From: Psammoneis japonica
Lineage: Eukaryota
NCBI GenBank assembly: GCA_008632985.1
Contig: QPGO01000203.1
Span: 107,366 to 127,365 of the forward strand
DNA: 20,000 bases
Reading direction: 5' to 3'
The translations under genes and the position numbers were made by a program. This document shows, piece after piece, positions 17,210 to 20,000 of this stretch; position 1 is the first letter of the stretch; the number at the start of each line of letters is the position of its first letter. The notes under the pieces are model-generated. The model worked only from the letters and a program-made list of their open reading frames with translations. It was not told the DNA's origin and did no database searches.

Positions 17210-20000
17210 GAAGACGCATGCGTCAGCGCTCATCATGTGCTCCACGTGAAGCACTAAAACTGCCGATGGAAGCAGTCATGTTGTTCTCTTTTAACTCTTA
17301 GAAAGCATTGTGATAACAAGCTTGTCTATTTTAGCCTCAGGATCAGACCTTAGAGGACTGAGGTGGCTCTGGAATGGTCACCAGAAGGACAAATTACAAC
17401 AGTTGAAAGAGAACAATCCAGCTGAGAGCTGTGAAAAGAAAGCAAGAAAGAAAAGAGTCGCTCTCACGGTGTGTGAGACATTTTGCTGCTTTGCCTTTTT
17501 TATCATGAGTGGAAGAGGCAGAGGAAGAACTGGCAACAGAAGCCAAGGAAGAGGACCCTCAGGAAGGGGAAACAAGAGAGCGGCAAGCAAAGCCACAAGG
17601 GCATCAATCATTGTGTCTGCTGTGTTGGAAGTGCCAAGCAAGCATCTGATTTTCAGATTGCTGCTGAGTTCATCATCAACTACATTAAGAAGACTTGTGA
17701 GTTTGGAAATGACATTGCAACTGCACTCAACACTTGCACTCCATGCGACATGAGTTCCAAGAAGCCGACTTTGCAGGTCAGCTTGGCTGGAGAGGACAAG
17801 GCAGAAGAGGTGTTGAGCAAACAGTGTGAAATTGAATTTAAGACAGAATTTGATGCTCACATTAAGAGGACCCAGACTCATGAGAACAACCTTGTCAAGG
17901 CTTGTGCTTTGCTCTGGGAGAGATGCTCCAAGGCCATGAAGAACAAGATTCAAGCAAGAACCGAGTTCCAAACCAAAATTGAAAACGATCCCATCGAATT
18001 GCTCAAGGCCATTGAGGAGCATGCATTGAACCATCAAGAGCACAGGTGTGACATGGCCATCATCTCAGATTCAATGAGAGCTGTGCTGGAAACCAAGCAG
18101 AAGGAGAAGGAGAGTCTCCGAGATCACACCAAGAGATTCAGGGTTGCAAGAGACATCATAAAGTCTCACATTGGAGGACCAATTGTCCTTACCAAGGCAG
18201 TGCAAAGCATGTCAGAACATGACGAGCACAATGCAGATGCCATCAAGAAGTGTCAAGAAAAGGCGTTCAGCCAATTGATGGGTTACGTGCACTTTGAGAA
18301 TGTAGACCAGTGCAAGCATGGATCAATTCTGACAGGATTGAACACCCAGCAGTCCCTCAAGAATGACCAACATCCCAAGTCTGTTGCAGAAGCCAACACG
18401 GTGTTGAGCAACCACACTTTTGACTGCATTGGTCAGCCTGATGACAACCGCGACAGGAACAATTGAAGCAACAACTCTGACTCCAAGAAACAAGAAGAAA
18501 GCCAAGAAATCATGATGTCCTTTGCTCAGTTAGAAGGCAAGTGTTGTTGCTGTGGCAAGGCCAGACACAATTCCAACAAGTGCTGGGAAAGGCCAGGAAA
18601 ACCTCAAGCAGAATGGGCCATCAACAAGGCCAAAGCTGAGCAAGAAACAAGCAATGCTCAAGCAAGTGACAATGTCAGCACAGCCAACTCTTCTGCCAAA
18701 GAATCCACTGGAACAAAATCTGCTGTTTCAGGATGGGCTGGCATGCACATCGACGCATCTCTCTGCCAGGATCAATCTGGCAGCATGAGAGACTGAATTT
18801 TGTTGGACAACCAGTCCACAACCATGATCTTCTGCAATGAGAAGCTTGTCACAGACATCTGTCCATTGGATGAAGTCACGCGTTTGCACGCCAAGGGCGG
18901 AGTCCAATCACAACACACAAGGCCACAGTGCCAGGGTTTGGCGAGACTTGGTTTAACCCAGATGAAATCACCAACATTTTTGCTCACTCCAACATGAAGA
19001 AGAAGCACAGGATTGCAAGTGATTCCTCACAAGACAGCACATTCACCGTTCATCTGCCTGACAAGAAGGTCAGGTTCGAGGAGGACAGAAAAGGGCTGCA
19101 CGTTTACAAGCCCAAGATTGACGACACTGGAGCTCAGCTCCAATTTGTGCAGAGTGTGGAAGAGAACAAGAAGTTCTGCACTCCACGACAGTTTGAGAAA
19201 GCCAAGAGAGCTGGGGAATCATTGCATGCATTGGGAAACCCAACTGTGAATGATCTGAAGGCCATCATTTGCATGAACAGCATCAAGAACAATCCCGTCA
19301 CAACGGAGGATGTAGATTTGCCCGAGAAGATTTTTGGACCAGACATTGGAAGTCTAAAAGGCAAGGTCACAAGGCAGAAGCTGGAGCCAGTTGCAGAAGA
19401 CTGTGTGGAGATCCCAAAGGAGCTCATTGCAGCACAGCACAAGGTTGCTCTTTGCCTGAACGGCCTCAAGGTGAATGGACTGCCATTCCTCACCACGGTG
19501 TCACAAAACATTTTTTGTTGCACTGCACAACTGCTCAAGGACTTGACAAGAAGCTCTGGAAGGTGTGCTGTGAGTCTGCAACAAGGCTGATTTGAAGGTC
19601 ATGCACATTTGTTGCGACAACAAATTCAGGCCCATTGGGAATGCACCAGAAGACAAGTTCAATCTCAAGATGAATTGCACAAATGCTCAGGAGCATGTCC
19701 CGGAAGCTGAAAGGAACAACCAAGTTATTCAAGAATGCACCAGGGCAGTCCATCATCTGCTGCCATTCAAGTGTCTGCCAAAACTCATGGTCAAAGTCGT
19801 GGTCACTGAAGCTGCTAAGAAGCTCAATTGTTTTCCAGCCAAGCACGGCATTTCCAAACATTGCAGTCCAAGAATGACTCTCCATCAAAAGAATCTGGAC
19901 TGTGACAAGAGCTGCAAGACAATGTTTGACACTCATGTGCAGGCTCACAACAACCCAGACCCCAAGAACACCCAAGAGTCACGGACTTTGGATTGCATCA
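17210..20000 (+). mobile_element. Degenerate Ty1/copia LTR retrotransposon, diatom CoDi-like (gag, Zn knuckle, protease, integrase); continues past the window end; left boundary approximate
   Basis: gag ATG at 17505 (MSGRGRGR...). CX2CX4HX4C at 18542-18583. Protease D*ILLDNQST at 18791. Pre-integrase IFGPDIGSLKGK, then integrase core CDNKF...EHVPEAERNNQVIQE...LNCFPAKHGIS. The protease-then-integrase order is copia-type. Several frameshifts, and TGA stops at 18464, 18794 and 19571. Confidence 0.93.

Noticed and set aside
17210..17360. Exact 5' LTR and primer-binding site
   Set aside because: No canonical TGGTATCAGAGC is visible and the 3' LTR is outside the window, so boundaries cannot be fixed.
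17310..19975. Many long overlapping or antisense ORFs (e.g. 17378..18043, 19134..19538, 19535..19975)
   Set aside because: These are expected once TA loss removes TAA/TAG stops in all frames; only the gag-pol frames carry motifs.
17483..20000. Alternative genetic code explaining Tyr->Cys/His
   Set aside because: Neighbouring host genes use TAT/TAC normally, and the TA loss is not limited to Tyr codon positions.
17400..20000. Classical fungal RIP
   Set aside because: RIP enriches TpA and depletes CpA/TpG; the opposite is seen here.

Overview
Eukaryotic nuclear DNA, most likely a pennate diatom. This is inferred from ~90-125 nt GT-AG introns, a diatom-type (CoDi-like) copia element, helicase-associated (HA) repeats and an ASAF-like presequence. 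The left part (1-8900) is gene-dense: a disrupted prolyl-4-hydroxylase-like 2OG-Fe(II) oxygenase, a twin-CX9C protein, a 322-bp MITE, a hypothetical protein, mitochondrial ribosomal protein mS33, a GH20 beta-hexosaminidase and a GNAT-DTW fusion protein. The right part is a rearranged accessory region. It holds a ~2.7-kb direct segmental duplication (8683-11382 / 13928-16375) with an orphan two-exon gene and an ~80-bp tandem array, BRF1, DTW and HA-repeat gene fragments, and a dead Ty1/copia element running off the right end. The strongest signal is in that element: TpA is almost absent on both strands and expected Tyr codons read as Cys/His (TA->TG/CA), on top of CpG decay. This looks like an adenine-directed, inverse-RIP-like hypermutation confined to the transposon. 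All counts and alignments were done by eye; no database searches were run.
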